Below, one piece after another: positions 46,770-56,753 of a stretch of 58,337 nt of DNA. The DNA is from an uncultured Sulfolobales archaeon. GTDB taxonomy: Archaea; Thermoproteota; Thermoprotei_A; Sulfolobales; NBVN01. The DNA is taken from the NCBI GenBank assembly GCA_938083005.1, contig CALKCU010000037.1:1-58337 (forward strand), given 5' to 3'. The position numbers and the translations under genes were made by a program. Within the stretch, counting starts at the first letter, position 1, and the number at the start of each line of letters is the position of its first letter. The notes beneath the pieces are model-generated. The model saw only the letters and a list, made by a program, of their open reading frames with translations, made no database searches and was not told the origin of the DNA.

Positions 46770-47942
46770 TCAGCAGCTCCGCCTCTTGACCAGCTTGGCT
46801 ATGAAGTAGCCCGGGGTGCCGTGCTCGTGCGGGTGGAAGCGAGCGAAAAGCTCGCGGTAGCGCCCGTATACCCCCCTGGAGGCCCTGCCCACTCGCACCT
46901 CGTCGACCTCCAAGCACTCGACCTCCTCTAGTATCCTCTCGATAACCTCCTCGTTCTCCTCCACGGTCACCGTGCACGTGGAGTAAATGACGACTCCTCC
47001 GGGTTTCACCATCCTGGAGGCCGCTCTCAGGAACTGGAGCTGGTAGTTCACTAGTGCCAGGACGCTCCCGTAGGTCTTGCGGTCTTCCAGCTTGGGCCTC
47101 ACTCCGAGGGCCGAGCACGGCGGGTCGACTACGACCTCGTCCGGCTTCAGCCAGGAAAAGTCTTCGTGCGCGTACCTGGAGTCCGCGACCCAGGCCTCCA
47201 CGAAGGGTAGGTGACCCAGCCTAGAGAGCTCCTCCCGCATCCTCTCGACCTTGCCCCTGGACCTGTCGAAAGCTATCACCCTGACCCTGCCGCCCGAGAG
47301 CTCGATGGCGTGGCCGGTCTTCCCCCCGGGCGCTGCGCAGAGGTCGACGACGAGCTCGCCCGGCTCGAGCTTCAGCTGCCTGGCCACGTACATGGCCGGC
47401 AGGCTCTGCGGGTATATGAGCCCCTCAGCGAACTCCGGCAGCTCCCTTACCCTCACGGTCTCGTAGAGGGACCTGTAGACCTCGACCACCAGCCCCCGGC
47501 GGCTCCCCGGGACCTCGCGGCAGTCCCTCGCGGCGACCCCCTCCCCCACCGGCAGCCCCGATCTCGTGACCACCGTCACCTCGTCGCCCCTCCTGACGTC
47601 GCCGGGGCACTTTACGACTCCGGGAGCGTAGAGGTTCGCTCCCAGAGCCACGGACTCCGCAGCCTCCTTGGACGCCACTACCACTCTATCCTTGAGCTCC
47701 ACGCGGAAGGGCCCCCTGACCCTGAAGTATATAGCCTCGGGCAGCTCCTCGTCCCGGAGCGCCTCGACCCCCCTCTCGGCCAGCCTGTCCAGCAGTACGC
47801 CGGGCTCTACCCTGAGGGTGTTCACTCTAGCGTACAGCCTCTCGCCCGGGGTTCCGATGCTTTCGATGAACAGACCGAGTCTCTGCCCGTATACTCTCCG
47901 GAGGGCCTCGAGGAGCGGCGCGTCGTAGTCGAGGTTCCCCAT
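46770..47942 (-). CDS. PUA-domain RsmB/NOP2/NSUN-family RNA m5C methyltransferase (NSUN6-like)
   Basis: GANLYAPGV PUA domain, DLCAAPGGKT, DPPCS and YSTCT catalytic motifs; ATG 47942. Confidence 0.9.
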   Translation of the reverse strand: MGNLDYDAPLLEALRRVYGQRLGLFIESIGTPGERLYARVNTLRVEPGVLLDRLAERGVEALRDEELPEAIYFRVRGPFRVELKDRVVVASKEAAESVALGANLYAPGVVKCPGDVRRGDEVTVVTRSGLPVGEGVAARDCREVPGSRRGLVVEVYRSLYETVRVRELPEFAEGLIYPQSLPAMYVARQLKLEPGELVVDLCAAPGGKTGHAIELSGGRVRVIAFDRSRGKVERMREELSRLGHLPFVEAWVADSRYAHEDFSWLKPDEVVVDPPCSALGVRPKLEDRKTYGSVLALVNYQLQFLRAASRMVKPGGVVIYSTCTVTVEENEEVIERILEEVECLEVDEVRVGRASRGVYGRYRELFARFHPHEHGTPGYFIAKLVKRRSC

Positions 47943-48139
47943 GCCCCCCTCTCTGACAAGAATCCCCGCAGGTGGGTAATATCGCCAAGTCGAGAGCGCG
48001 GTCGGGGACCGCGTCACCGGCGGCTGGGGTATCGACTGCTCGGAAAGCCCGCGGTGGCTTGGCTGCGGACCCGGAGCCGCGAAGAGCTCCTGGGACCCTT
48101 ATAATCCGCTGTAGTGATACGAGTGGAGGAGTGGGGGTC

Positions 48140-48463
48140 ATGAGTGTCGAGGTGCGGAGAGTGATCAAGACCCACGACGGCAAGTACGATGCTCTTCTAT
48201 CCGTCGTACTGGGGGATAGGAGGTTCTGCATGATAGTGACGGGCCTAGCCAGGTCCCCCAAGGCGGCCAGGGTTCAGGAGGCTGGGGACCTCATCAGGCT
48301 GGAGCTGCTGGATCAGTTCGAGCACGGGTTCCTCACGTGCGTACTGGACCGCAGGTACTTCGAAGAAGAGTTCGCCAGCCTCAGATGCGCTCCCGGGAGC
48401 GCGTGGATAGTGAGCGAGGAGACTTTGCTGAGGCATAGGAAGAGCGCTGGAGCCCCCGTCTAG
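48140..48463 (+). CDS. Hypothetical protein
   Basis: ATG preceded by GGAGG and a CTTATAA box; host-like codon use; no family recognised. Confidence 0.6.
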   Translation: MSVEVRRVIKTHDGKYDALLSVVLGDRRFCMIVTGLARSPKAARVQEAGDLIRLELLDQFEHGFLTCVLDRRYFEEEFASLRCAPGSAWIVSEETLLRHRKSAGAPV

Positions 48464-48475
48464 GTAGGCCCCTCC

Positions 48476-49303
48476 ATGAGGTTCGCCAGCTGGAGGCTCG
48501 TCGAGGAGCTCCTGAGGCTGTCCGACGTAGTTCTCGAGCTCACGGACTCCAGGGACCCTCTGAACACGAGGAGCGCTAAGCTCGAGAGGATGGCATCCAG
48601 AGCCGGGAGGCCCCTCATAGTAGTGATAAACAAGGCCGACCTCGTGCCCCGGAGTGTATGCGAGGAGTGGAAGAGCTTCTTCAGGAACAGACTCGGCCTC
48701 GAGGCCGTGTACGTATCGGCACGTGAGAGACTCGGGACCAGGGTCCTGAGGCAGACTATCAAGAGGGTAGTCCTCGAGTCCGGTGCGAGTAGGAGGAGGA
48801 TAGTCGTGTCCATCTTCGGTTTGCCCAAGGTCGGTAAGTCTACCTTGGTGAACACTCTCAAGGGGAGGCGCTCCGTCCCGACATCCCCCTATCCCGGGTC
48901 TCCCGGCTACACAGTCAAGGCCAGGCTCCTCAGGATAGGCGGAGGCATATACCTTATCGATACTCCGGGCATACTGCCGCCCGAGGGGAGAGACGTCGAG
49001 GCCGTCATAAGGTCGAGGCCCGTGGACGAGATCCCGAATCCAGAGAGGGTCGCAGCGGACCTGATCCGGAAGGTCCTGAAGTACAACAGGAGGGCCTTCC
49101 TCGACGCGTATGGGCTCGAGGCGGAGGACCCGAGCGAGATAATCGCTGGGGTCGCGAGGATCAGGGGTTGGATGAGAGGGGGAGAGCCCAATACGTACGA
49201 GGCATCGAAGGCGATAATCAGGGACTACCTCGACGGCAAGATAGTCTACTACTACAGCCCTCCCGCAGATCCCGGTGCGGCTCCCCGAGGGGGTCAGCCC
49301 TAG
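48476..49303 (+). CDS. Circularly permuted GTPase, RbgA/YlqF (Nug1/Lsg1-like) family
   Basis: G4 NKAD, G5 SAR, G1 GLPKVGKST, G3 DTPG in permuted order. Confidence 0.9.
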   Translation: MRFASWRLVEELLRLSDVVLELTDSRDPLNTRSAKLERMASRAGRPLIVVINKADLVPRSVCEEWKSFFRNRLGLEAVYVSARERLGTRVLRQTIKRVVLESGASRRRIVVSIFGLPKVGKSTLVNTLKGRRSVPTSPYPGSPGYTVKARLLRIGGGIYLIDTPGILPPEGRDVEAVIRSRPVDEIPNPERVAADLIRKVLKYNRRAFLDAYGLEAEDPSEIIAGVARIRGWMRGGEPNTYEASKAIIRDYLDGKIVYYYSPPADPGAAPRGGQP

Positions 49304-50031
49304 GGGCTCCGGCCTACTCTCTCCTCCCGTAGCCTCTTGTAGGAGACCACCTCCGCTCTCCCGCTGCTCCTGCCTATCACCAGCACGTCCGCGTAGCCTA
49401 TGAAGATACCGTGACCGATCACTCCGGGTAGCCCGTCCAGGAGGTCAGCCGCGCGCTCGGGCTCCATGTGCTTGGGGGGTACCACGTCGACTATGGCACC
49501 GCCTATGTCGGTGATCACCGGTAACATCTTGCCCTGGGGGACTCTGAGGCGGCACTCGAAGCCCGCCTCCTCTAGTCTCCTCTTTACTATACTCACGGCC
49601 TGGGGGATAACCTCGACCGGTACGGGTCTGCTGTGGGGGACTCTCGGGACGACCTTCAGCTCGTCGACTATAAATACCCTCAGATCGGCCGCCGACGCCA
49701 GCACCTTCTCCATGGTCATAGCGCCCCCTCCCCCCTTCACCATCCTACCCAGGGGGTCCACCTCGTCGGCTGAGTCCACGTAGACGTCCAGGCGCTCGAC
49801 AGCTATCGGGTCGCTCAGGCTTAGACCGAGGGACTTGGCCAGTAGCGCCGTGTCTATGGACGAGGCTACGAGGGTCTTGCCTATCAGCTTATCGTAGGCC
49901 GTCTCCAGGAATACCTTAACGGTCGACCCCGTGCCCAGGCCCACGACTCTAGCGGCGTCGAGGTACTCCAGGGCCCTGAGGGCGGCCGCCCTCCTAGCTA
50001 TCTCCAGGCCCTCGCTCACCCATCCTCCCAA
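49300..50031 (-). CDS. rpiA: Ribose-5-phosphate isomerase A
   Basis: GLGTGST, DSADEVD, KGGGGA..MEK, PVEVIP motifs. Confidence 0.93.
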   Translation of the reverse strand: MGGWVSEGLEIARRAAALRALEYLDAARVVGLGTGSTVKVFLETAYDKLIGKTLVASSIDTALLAKSLGLSLSDPIAVERLDVYVDSADEVDPLGRMVKGGGGAMTMEKVLASAADLRVFIVDELKVVPRVPHSRPVPVEVIPQAVSIVKRRLEEAGFECRLRVPQGKMLPVITDIGGAIVDVVPPKHMEPERAADLLDGLPGVIGHGIFIGYADVLVIGRSSGRAEVVSYKRLREERVGRSP

Positions 50032-50090
50032 CGCTAGAGCCTCCCGGTGAATAAATCTCGGAGCAGCGGAGTAGAACGTTTATAACCTTC

Positions 50091-51083
50091 ATGGGAGATA
50101 GTATTTGGACGAGCGTGAGCTCGGCCTCTAAGAGAGTTCGGGAGGTGTTGAGGGAGGTAGCAGAGAGGGTAGTCGAGCTGAGCTACCCGGCGAACTACAG
50201 GGAAAGGTCCATAGACTTTGTAGCGACCATCGCCAGGGAGAGAGCGCGCTCAGCGCAGCCCCCCGAGGGCGTGGTAATCAAGGTGGGACCTGGGAGGACC
50301 TCCGGGGTCAACCCCGAGACCGAGGAGGATCTCGCCAAGTTCGCTGACGCTATAGACGGTGTCCCGCTCGTCGTCGACGAGAGACTCTACGACGACATAG
50401 TCTTCGAGCGGGGGAGGGTCTTCGCGGTCAACGAGAGGACCCTGGAGAACCTTATTAAGGAGCGCGAGCTGATAGCTATCTACAGGCGAAACGAGCTCTA
50501 CGTAGCCCTGAACGTTGAGCTCATCGAGAGGGAGATCGCCAGGGGTAGCATCAGGCTATCCGAGATCTCGGACGTCCTCGGTCTCAGCAAGAAGAGCGTG
50601 GAGAGCTACCTGAGGGGTCCGGGACTGATAAGCGTAGAGAAGGCTGAGAGGCTGGTCGCGGAGTACGACGCCAGCGTGGTACTGCCCGTAGGCTATAGAG
50701 TCCTCAGAGAGGTCTTTAGGAGGAAGGAGAGAGCGCAGCCTAGCTTCGTTAGGGAGATGACGGGCGAGCCCCTAGTCTACAGCCTAAGCAAGACCACGGT
50801 AGACTTTGTCGTTAGGGAAGCGCCCTTCGAAGGCCACAAAGCCCTCAAATTTTACGTCGACTCCGAGAGGACTCGGTCCCTTAAGTACGTTAAAACGAAG
50901 GTGCTGAACGCTCTGAGGCTGGCCAGGGAGCTCGGTGCCGCTCTAGAGGTGACAGCATCCGAGGCCTCGTTCCTCGAGACTCTGAGGAGAGAGATCGAGG
51001 GTCAGGCCGGAAGGGACCTCGTCTCTCACGTTAGGTTCTCCTCGGCGGGCCCAGAGCGTACCTTTCAGCGTAGCTCAGTATGA
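50091..51083 (+). CDS. Archaeal HTH-containing putative transcriptional regulator
   Basis: N-terminal SIDFVA..VIKV segment and central HTH (LSEISDVLGLSKKSVESY); start may be ~24 nt downstream. Confidence 0.6.
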   Translation: MGDSIWTSVSSASKRVREVLREVAERVVELSYPANYRERSIDFVATIARERARSAQPPEGVVIKVGPGRTSGVNPETEEDLAKFADAIDGVPLVVDERLYDDIVFERGRVFAVNERTLENLIKERELIAIYRRNELYVALNVELIEREIARGSIRLSEISDVLGLSKKSVESYLRGPGLISVEKAERLVAEYDASVVLPVGYRVLREVFRRKERAQPSFVREMTGEPLVYSLSKTTVDFVVREAPFEGHKALKFYVDSERTRSLKYVKTKVLNALRLARELGAALEVTASEASFLETLRREIEGQAGRDLVSHVRFSSAGPERTFQRSSV

Positions 51084-52110
51084 CGTAGACCGTTACTAGG
51101 GACAGAGAGATCACCACGAACGTGTTGACCACTCCCAGGTCGTAGAGTATCGTGATGATGTCTAACCCGGGGTAGCTGGCTACCAGGTCAGCGACCCTGT
51201 TTACGTACACCGCTATCAGTATCGTGAAGACTACCGCGACGACGTCTCGCCACGCTCTCACGCTCCTCCTGAGGATCTTTGACGTGAGCCTCCCGCTGTA
51301 AAGCACCACGACGGATAGGGCCAGGAACGGGACGAAGGTCTTCATGTAGATGCCGAGAGACCTCGCGTCTGCCGAGAATCCCTGAGCTACTAGCGCGCCG
51401 ACGAGGAACGCCGCGCCGATGAGCGTGGACGCCAGCGAGATGACCGTGGTGACCCTGTAGATGGAGGACGCGTACCACTTCCTCATTATCAGCTCGGGTA
51501 TGTGGAAACCTCTTATGACCATGAAGGTCCCCAGGACGCCCAGGGTCACGGTCCACGCGTACTCGGCGTACGGCGAGCTGCTGACCAGGGCGTAGACTAT
51601 GAAGAGGAGCCCCGGGAGACCGAAGAACACCTTCGAGTACTTCGGGTCCTCTATGGCCTTCCTCAGGTACCTGCCCAGCAGGACGTAGGTCTCCTCGACC
51701 CCCCTGAGCTGCTCCACCACGACCCTCTCGATGGCCACTATGTTCGCTCGACCCTGCACTATAGGGATCACGAGCTCGTCCTCGACGCTGTCGAGGACCA
51801 GGATCACGTCGGTAACCCCCGTGGCGTCGATCACTCTGGACAGCTGCTCCATGAGCCTCCTGCCGGCCTCCACGTGGCTTTCGCTACTACCCGAGATGAG
51901 TGCCACTTCGGGCTCGTACTCCTTTGCTCTGAGCTCTTCGTAGAGATGTAGAGCGTGGAAGAGGACGTTGAGATCCGAGTCGTCGGGGAAGACCTCTCCG
52001 AACTTGAGCGCCGCGTCGACCAGGCGAGAACGCCCCAGCACGGGGGTCTCTACTCCGGCCTTGGAAACGTCGTCGTCGTAGTCCACCGCCAGGACTAGGA
52101 TCCTCCTCAT
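51031..52110 (-). CDS. DUF373-family membrane protein
   Basis: LVLAVDYDDD, PDDSDLN, RVVVEQ..VEETY motifs followed by TM helices. Confidence 0.85.
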   Translation of the reverse strand: MRRILVLAVDYDDDVSKAGVETPVLGRSRLVDAALKFGEVFPDDSDLNVLFHALHLYEELRAKEYEPEVALISGSSESHVEAGRRLMEQLSRVIDATGVTDVILVLDSVEDELVIPIVQGRANIVAIERVVVEQLRGVEETYVLLGRYLRKAIEDPKYSKVFFGLPGLLFIVYALVSSSPYAEYAWTVTLGVLGTFMVIRGFHIPELIMRKWYASSIYRVTTVISLASTLIGAAFLVGALVAQGFSADARSLGIYMKTFVPFLALSVVVLYSGRLTSKILRRSVRAWRDVVAVVFTILIAVYVNRVADLVASYPGLDIITILYDLGVVNTFVVISLSLVTVYVILSYAERYALGPPRRT

Positions 52111-53003
52111 CTCTCGTCTTCAACAGCATCTTCGTATGTGCCGTATAATACCTGTGCGTCGATGAAGCTCAGCCTGGCTCCCCTCCTCGCCTTCTCCTCA
52201 GCCTCCCTCCTCTTTCTGTCGAGTATCTCGAGAGCCCTCTGGCGCGCTCTGCTCTCCCTAACCGCTTTGAGCTCCTCGATGCTTCTCCCGAGCTCGTTAC
52301 CCAGAGTCTGCAACTCCCTCTTGATCTCTAGGAGTCTGTTCACATACGAGCCTAGCTCCGCCACCAGCTGATCCAGGGTCCTCTTCTGCTCCTCGATCTT
52401 CGACCTGAGCTCCCCGGCCCTAGACTCGTGCCTCGCTATCTCCTGGGTCAGCTGGTCTATCTTTCTCCCGAGGTCCTCCAAGTTTATCCTGATCGCGGTT
52501 ATCTCGGCCCTGAGCTCGCTCGCCTCGCTGGACTTCCTGAGGCTCTCGTAGATCCTCCCGAGCTCCGCCTCGAGCTCTGCTATCTCCTTGACCAGCCTGC
52601 TCTCCTCTTCGAGGCTTAGGGACTCGGTGATGATCTTCCACTCGAGCCTCTCCACGCGCGCCCTTATGGCGTCCGACCTCGACCTCAGCTTGTCCGCGTC
52701 CCTAACGTCGAGCCTCGAGGTGAGCTCGCGGAGCCTCTCCCTCTTTTCCCTGAGCTCTGCGATCAGCCTCCGCCTCTCCTCGATCAGCCTCCTGCGCTCC
52801 TCCACCAGGGACCTCACACTGTCCCTGGTCGCGAGGTACTCGCTCTTCAGGTCCCTAATCCTGCTCCTGACCGCGGCCATCCTGCTCTTCAGGTCCCTGA
52901 TGATGCCGACAAGTCTATCGCGCTCCAGCTTGAGCTCCGCTATCCTCTCTCTGAGCTTCTCGATGCTCGAAAGCAGTTCCTCCTCGGATCGAGGGTGAGC
53001 CAA
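52107..53003 (-). CDS. Archaeal coiled-coil protein (COG1340-like)
   Basis: Continuous heptad pattern with LEWKIITESLSLEEE..LVKEI and terminal GARLSF. Confidence 0.75.
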   Translation of the reverse strand: MAHPRSEEELLSSIEKLRERIAELKLERDRLVGIIRDLKSRMAAVRSRIRDLKSEYLATRDSVRSLVEERRRLIEERRRLIAELREKRERLRELTSRLDVRDADKLRSRSDAIRARVERLEWKIITESLSLEEESRLVKEIAELEAELGRIYESLRKSSEASELRAEITAIRINLEDLGRKIDQLTQEIARHESRAGELRSKIEEQKRTLDQLVAELGSYVNRLLEIKRELQTLGNELGRSIEELKAVRESRARQRALEILDRKRREAEEKARRGARLSFIDAQVLYGTYEDAVEDER

Positions 53004-53006
53004 AAA

Positions 53007-53717
53007 TCACACTCTCCTGACTAGGATTCTCGCGTCTGCTATCTTGGCTCCCCTGCCCTCGGGGAAGACCATTATCGGGTTCAGGTCTATATCCGTGACC
53101 TCGGGGACTTCGTCCATGAGCTTTCCGACCTTGAGTATTATATCCACTATCGCTCTCCTGTCCCTAGGGGGCATCCCCCTATAGCCACGTAGTATGCTCG
53201 CGGACTTTATCTCCTCGAGCATCTCCTCGGCATCGTACTCGGTGATTGGCGTTATCCTTAGGGAGACGTCTCTGAGGACCTCGACGAAGATCCCGCCCAG
53301 CCCGAACATGACCACGGGACCGAAGACCTTGTCCCTGATCCCGCCGACGATCACCTCTAGGTCTCGCTCGACCATGCCCTGAACTAGGACCCCGACGATC
53401 CTGCTCCCGGGAGCCTTGGCCGAGACGTTGGTCACTATGCTCCTGTAAGCCTTCCCAACGTCCTCCGGTGTTCTGAGCTCGAGGACGACTCCACCGACGT
53501 CGCTTTTGTGGCTGATATCGGGACTGACTACCTTTAGGACTACCGGGAACCCTATGTCTTGAGCCAGCTTGACGGCTCCCTCTTCGCTCGTTGCTAGCCC
53601 GTAGCTGGGAACCGGAAGCCCGTAGAGCTCGCAGAGCCGTAGGGCTTCGTGCTCGAGTAACTTGCTCCTCCCCTCAGATCTGGCCCCCTCTACTATACGG
53701 CGGGCCTCGTCCAACAT
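53007..53717 (-). CDS. acdB: Acetate/acyl-CoA ligase (ADP-forming) beta subunit
   Basis: GFPVVLKVVSPDISHKSDVGGV, FGPVVMFGLGGIFVE, DLNP motifs. Confidence 0.92.
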   Translation of the reverse strand: MLDEARRIVEGARSEGRSKLLEHEALRLCELYGLPVPSYGLATSEEGAVKLAQDIGFPVVLKVVSPDISHKSDVGGVVLELRTPEDVGKAYRSIVTNVSAKAPGSRIVGVLVQGMVERDLEVIVGGIRDKVFGPVVMFGLGGIFVEVLRDVSLRITPITEYDAEEMLEEIKSASILRGYRGMPPRDRRAIVDIILKVGKLMDEVPEVTDIDLNPIMVFPEGRGAKIADARILVRRV

Positions 53718-53859
53718 CGCTCCCGCGCTAGGGAGACGCTCCAGTTAAAAAGCCGCCGTCTCAGCAATTTACTATCAAAACTGTTTTTACAGAAGGCGCG
53801 GGCTCCGCGGAGCCGAGAAATCCTCGAAAAATGAGTTTTGCCCTTGGCTCAGCTCGAGC

Positions 53860-55044
53860 TTACTTGAGGAACCTAACGAGGGCTACGGCTAGTAGTAGCA
53901 TCAGAGCTACTACTATCAGTCCCACCTGGAGAGTGAACGAGATGTCGGTCACCCTGGAGGCGAGATCCCTCTGCGACTCAGACAGCTTGGCAACGTTCTC
54001 GTCAAGAGTCTTCACCTTGCCGGCCAGCTCCCTGAGCGCGGATTCTGTGGTCTTCTCGTAGCCCTCCGCCAGAGACTTCAGGGCGCTGTCGACGGAGCTC
54101 GCGAGCTTCGTGAGACTCTCGTCTACCTTCTTCGAGTAGTCCTCGAATTGCTTGGCTAGGGTCGAGATGGCGTCCGCGGACCATTTGGCAACCTTCTCCA
54201 CCTCTCCCCTTAGGTCGCCGACCGACTTGGCCAGGTCCTTGGAGAGAGCCTCCACGCTCTCCACGGTCCGGTCTAGAGAGGCCTCCAGGGAGGATACCCT
54301 GCTCTCCAGCGCTCCATGCCTCGCCGCGAGAGTGCTTATCACCTTAGCCTCTAGCAAGGCCAGCGAGGAGGTAGCCTCCCTGTAGAGCGCGAGCGCCTCG
54401 TCCACCTCACCGTAGATCTCCAGCCTTTCCGTGGCCCAGGCTATCGTGCTCTCTATGGTCGATAGCTCCTCAACGTACTCCGTTACGTCTATTCCCAGGG
54501 CTGAAGCAACAGTGATGACGGCCCGCACCCTCTCTAGGGCCGCTTGGACTTCGGTCTTAGCGGTTAGGATGGGTCTGTGGTCGGCTATCTCCAGGATTAA
54601 GTCCTTCGTGTAGCTGAAGGAGACCTTGAGCGCAGGCACGTCACCGGCTATCTCTATCCTCAACACACCCTTACCCGTGTAGGCAGCCTCGGGTACGTAG
54701 ACCCTCACGAGCACCAGCTCTTGGACTAAGTACTCTACATCGTCAACGACGACTACTGTGGGAGCCATGAGCCGCACACTGACCATCGGTAGCCCTATCA
54801 CTATTCCAGCCGTGAGGGTGGCCGTAGCCTTCGTTATTCTAACCTCTGGCACGTAGTCGTCAATCACGCCCGTGTATATGTAGGCTACTACCTCGACCCA
54901 CTGGTAGCCTCTGTAGACCGTGGTCCTGCTCACGTCGAGCTTTATCACTCCTACCTGTCCCTGCGCTGAGGTGGGCAGAGTTAGCGCAGAGAAGGCCACT
55001 AGCGCTAGAGCTAGGCATGCCAGGTACCTATTCAAAGTCGCCAC
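53860..55044 (-). CDS. Secreted, C-terminally anchored coiled-coil surface protein (SlaB-like architecture)
   Basis: Signal peptide, beta-rich N-domain, long heptad stalk, C-terminal TM helix ending RFLK. Confidence 0.6.
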   Translation of the reverse strand: MATLNRYLACLALALVAFSALTLPTSAQGQVGVIKLDVSRTTVYRGYQWVEVVAYIYTGVIDDYVPEVRITKATATLTAGIVIGLPMVSVRLMAPTVVVVDDVEYLVQELVLVRVYVPEAAYTGKGVLRIEIAGDVPALKVSFSYTKDLILEIADHRPILTAKTEVQAALERVRAVITVASALGIDVTEYVEELSTIESTIAWATERLEIYGEVDEALALYREATSSLALLEAKVISTLAARHGALESRVSSLEASLDRTVESVEALSKDLAKSVGDLRGEVEKVAKWSADAISTLAKQFEDYSKKVDESLTKLASSVDSALKSLAEGYEKTTESALRELAGKVKTLDENVAKLSESQRDLASRVTDISFTLQVGLIVVALMLLLAVALVRFLK

Positions 55045-55131
55045 CAGCCCTATCTCTAGCTGGAGTTTATAAATTTGCGAGCCTTGCGACCAGGGAGCGC
55101 GTAGTAGGACCGACGTGAGAATCGGGGGCTC

Positions 55132-56292
55132 TTATCTACGGAGAAAAGCGTATCTCGGGTCCTCGCCGAGGGGCTTCTTCAGCATCCACGCCGGGAGCCT
55201 CCTTGGCTCCACCGGTATTCCCAGCTCGTCCAGCTTCTCGTATAGGCTAGCTAGAGCCTCCTCCTCGCTCCTAGCAGGCTCCGGCGGGTGCTTGAAGTAG
55301 AACGAGGACGCCCAACCCGGGCTTCCGCGAACCCCCCTCTCCACGAGCGCCTTGGCCAACCTCACGACGTCTACTAGCACCGCTGAGGCCATGGCCTTGT
55401 CGTCAACGGTCAGCTTCAGGTCTATCACCACTGGCAACCCCATGAACCCCAAAGCCTTTATGTATATGTAGGAGACCTTGGTGTTCCCGAGGAACGGTAC
55501 GTAGCCGCTGGGTCCCGCGAATATCCTGTCCACCGCCCTCTCCGGGGCGGGCTGCGTAGTGGCCACCGCCACGGTCTTGCTCACTCTCTTGCTATAGAGC
55601 CTCAGCTGGTCGAGCATGTTCTTGAAGTCCGTGTTGCCCCCCACGTTGAGCTGGTAGGACTCTACCACCTCCCCGCCCCTCATCGCTATCAGGCTCGCGA
55701 GAGCCCTGTGAACGGCGGTCGAGCCCAGCTGACCCTTGATGTCGTCGCCGAGTAGGAGGCTCCCGCTCTCCTCAAACAGTCTCGAGTAGCGGGGATCGCT
55801 AGCCACGAACTCGGGGATCGCGTTCACGAAGGCCACCCCAGCACTCGCGGCGACCTCGGCGTAAAACCTGGTGGCCTCCCTGCTCCCCACCGGCAACAGA
55901 TTGACGAGTACGTCGACGGAGTAGCTCCTGAGCTCGTCAGCGAGCTCTTCGAGAGTAGGCTGTCTCTCGTCCGAAGGAGCGAAGTCCTCAACCATGTGCT
56001 CGGCGACCCCGTCGAGGACCCTGCCCATCCTCACGATGACCCCCGTCTCGGGTAGCTCGATAAGCCTGGGCACGCGGTTGGGCTTCGCGAATACGGCCTC
56101 GCTTAGGTCCCTGCCGACCTTGTGCCTGGACACGTCTATCGCGTAGACCACCTTGATGTCCCCGATTCCGTAGCCGCCTACGTTGGTGTGTATAAGCCCT
56201 ACGGGTTCGCCGGGAGACCTTCTGTAGAGCTCCACGCTCTGCACGAACATGGAAGCTACGTTCCCGACGCCCACGATCCCTACTCTAATCAC
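55132..56292 (-). CDS. ino1: myo-Inositol-1-phosphate synthase
   Basis: GVGNVAS, NLLPVGS, GDDIKGQLG, YQLNVGGNTDFKN, SKRVSKT, FKHPP motifs. Confidence 0.93.
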   Translation of the reverse strand: MIRVGIVGVGNVASMFVQSVELYRRSPGEPVGLIHTNVGGYGIGDIKVVYAIDVSRHKVGRDLSEAVFAKPNRVPRLIELPETGVIVRMGRVLDGVAEHMVEDFAPSDERQPTLEELADELRSYSVDVLVNLLPVGSREATRFYAEVAASAGVAFVNAIPEFVASDPRYSRLFEESGSLLLGDDIKGQLGSTAVHRALASLIAMRGGEVVESYQLNVGGNTDFKNMLDQLRLYSKRVSKTVAVATTQPAPERAVDRIFAGPSGYVPFLGNTKVSYIYIKALGFMGLPVVIDLKLTVDDKAMASAVLVDVVRLAKALVERGVRGSPGWASSFYFKHPPEPARSEEEALASLYEKLDELGIPVEPRRLPAWMLKKPLGEDPRYAFLRR

Positions 56293-56362
56293 TTTCGCGC
56301 TCCCAAATATTTTTGGTCAGAAATATAAATTCGAATAAATAGCTGCTCGCGCACGCTCCTCG

Positions 56363-56689
56363 GTGAGCGCTGTGGCGAGGGGTAAAGCCTACGAGCGCCT
56401 AGTTAGGAAGCTTACGGTTGAAGTGCTCTGGCTCTACGTAGCGAGGGTTCTCATGGGTTCGGAGCCTCTCAAGGCTTACGAGATAAGGAAGAGGATTGCT
56501 GAGACTTTCGGGATAAAACCGAGGACCATAACTACCTACAGCGTGGTCTACAGAATGTCCAGGGAGGGGCTGCTGAAGCCGTTGAGGCTCGACGGAGACG
56601 TAGTCTACGCGCTGACGGAGGAGGGGGCGAAGGAATTCGGGGAGGCCGTAAAGTTCCTCGAGAGGGTGCTGGAATACCTGAAGGGCTAG
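56363..56689 (+). CDS. PadR-family transcriptional regulator
   Basis: LWLYV..L, YEI, YSVVYRM..EGLL, YALTEEG winged-helix pattern. Confidence 0.82.
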   Translation: MSAVARGKAYERLVRKLTVEVLWLYVARVLMGSEPLKAYEIRKRIAETFGIKPRTITTYSVVYRMSREGLLKPLRLDGDVVYALTEEGAKEFGEAVKFLERVLEYLKG

Positions 56690-56753
56690 TAGCCGAGCGT
56701 CCCCTCCACTCTCGGCAGCTCCAGCCTATTTAACTCGCGGTGCCGTAGTATGA

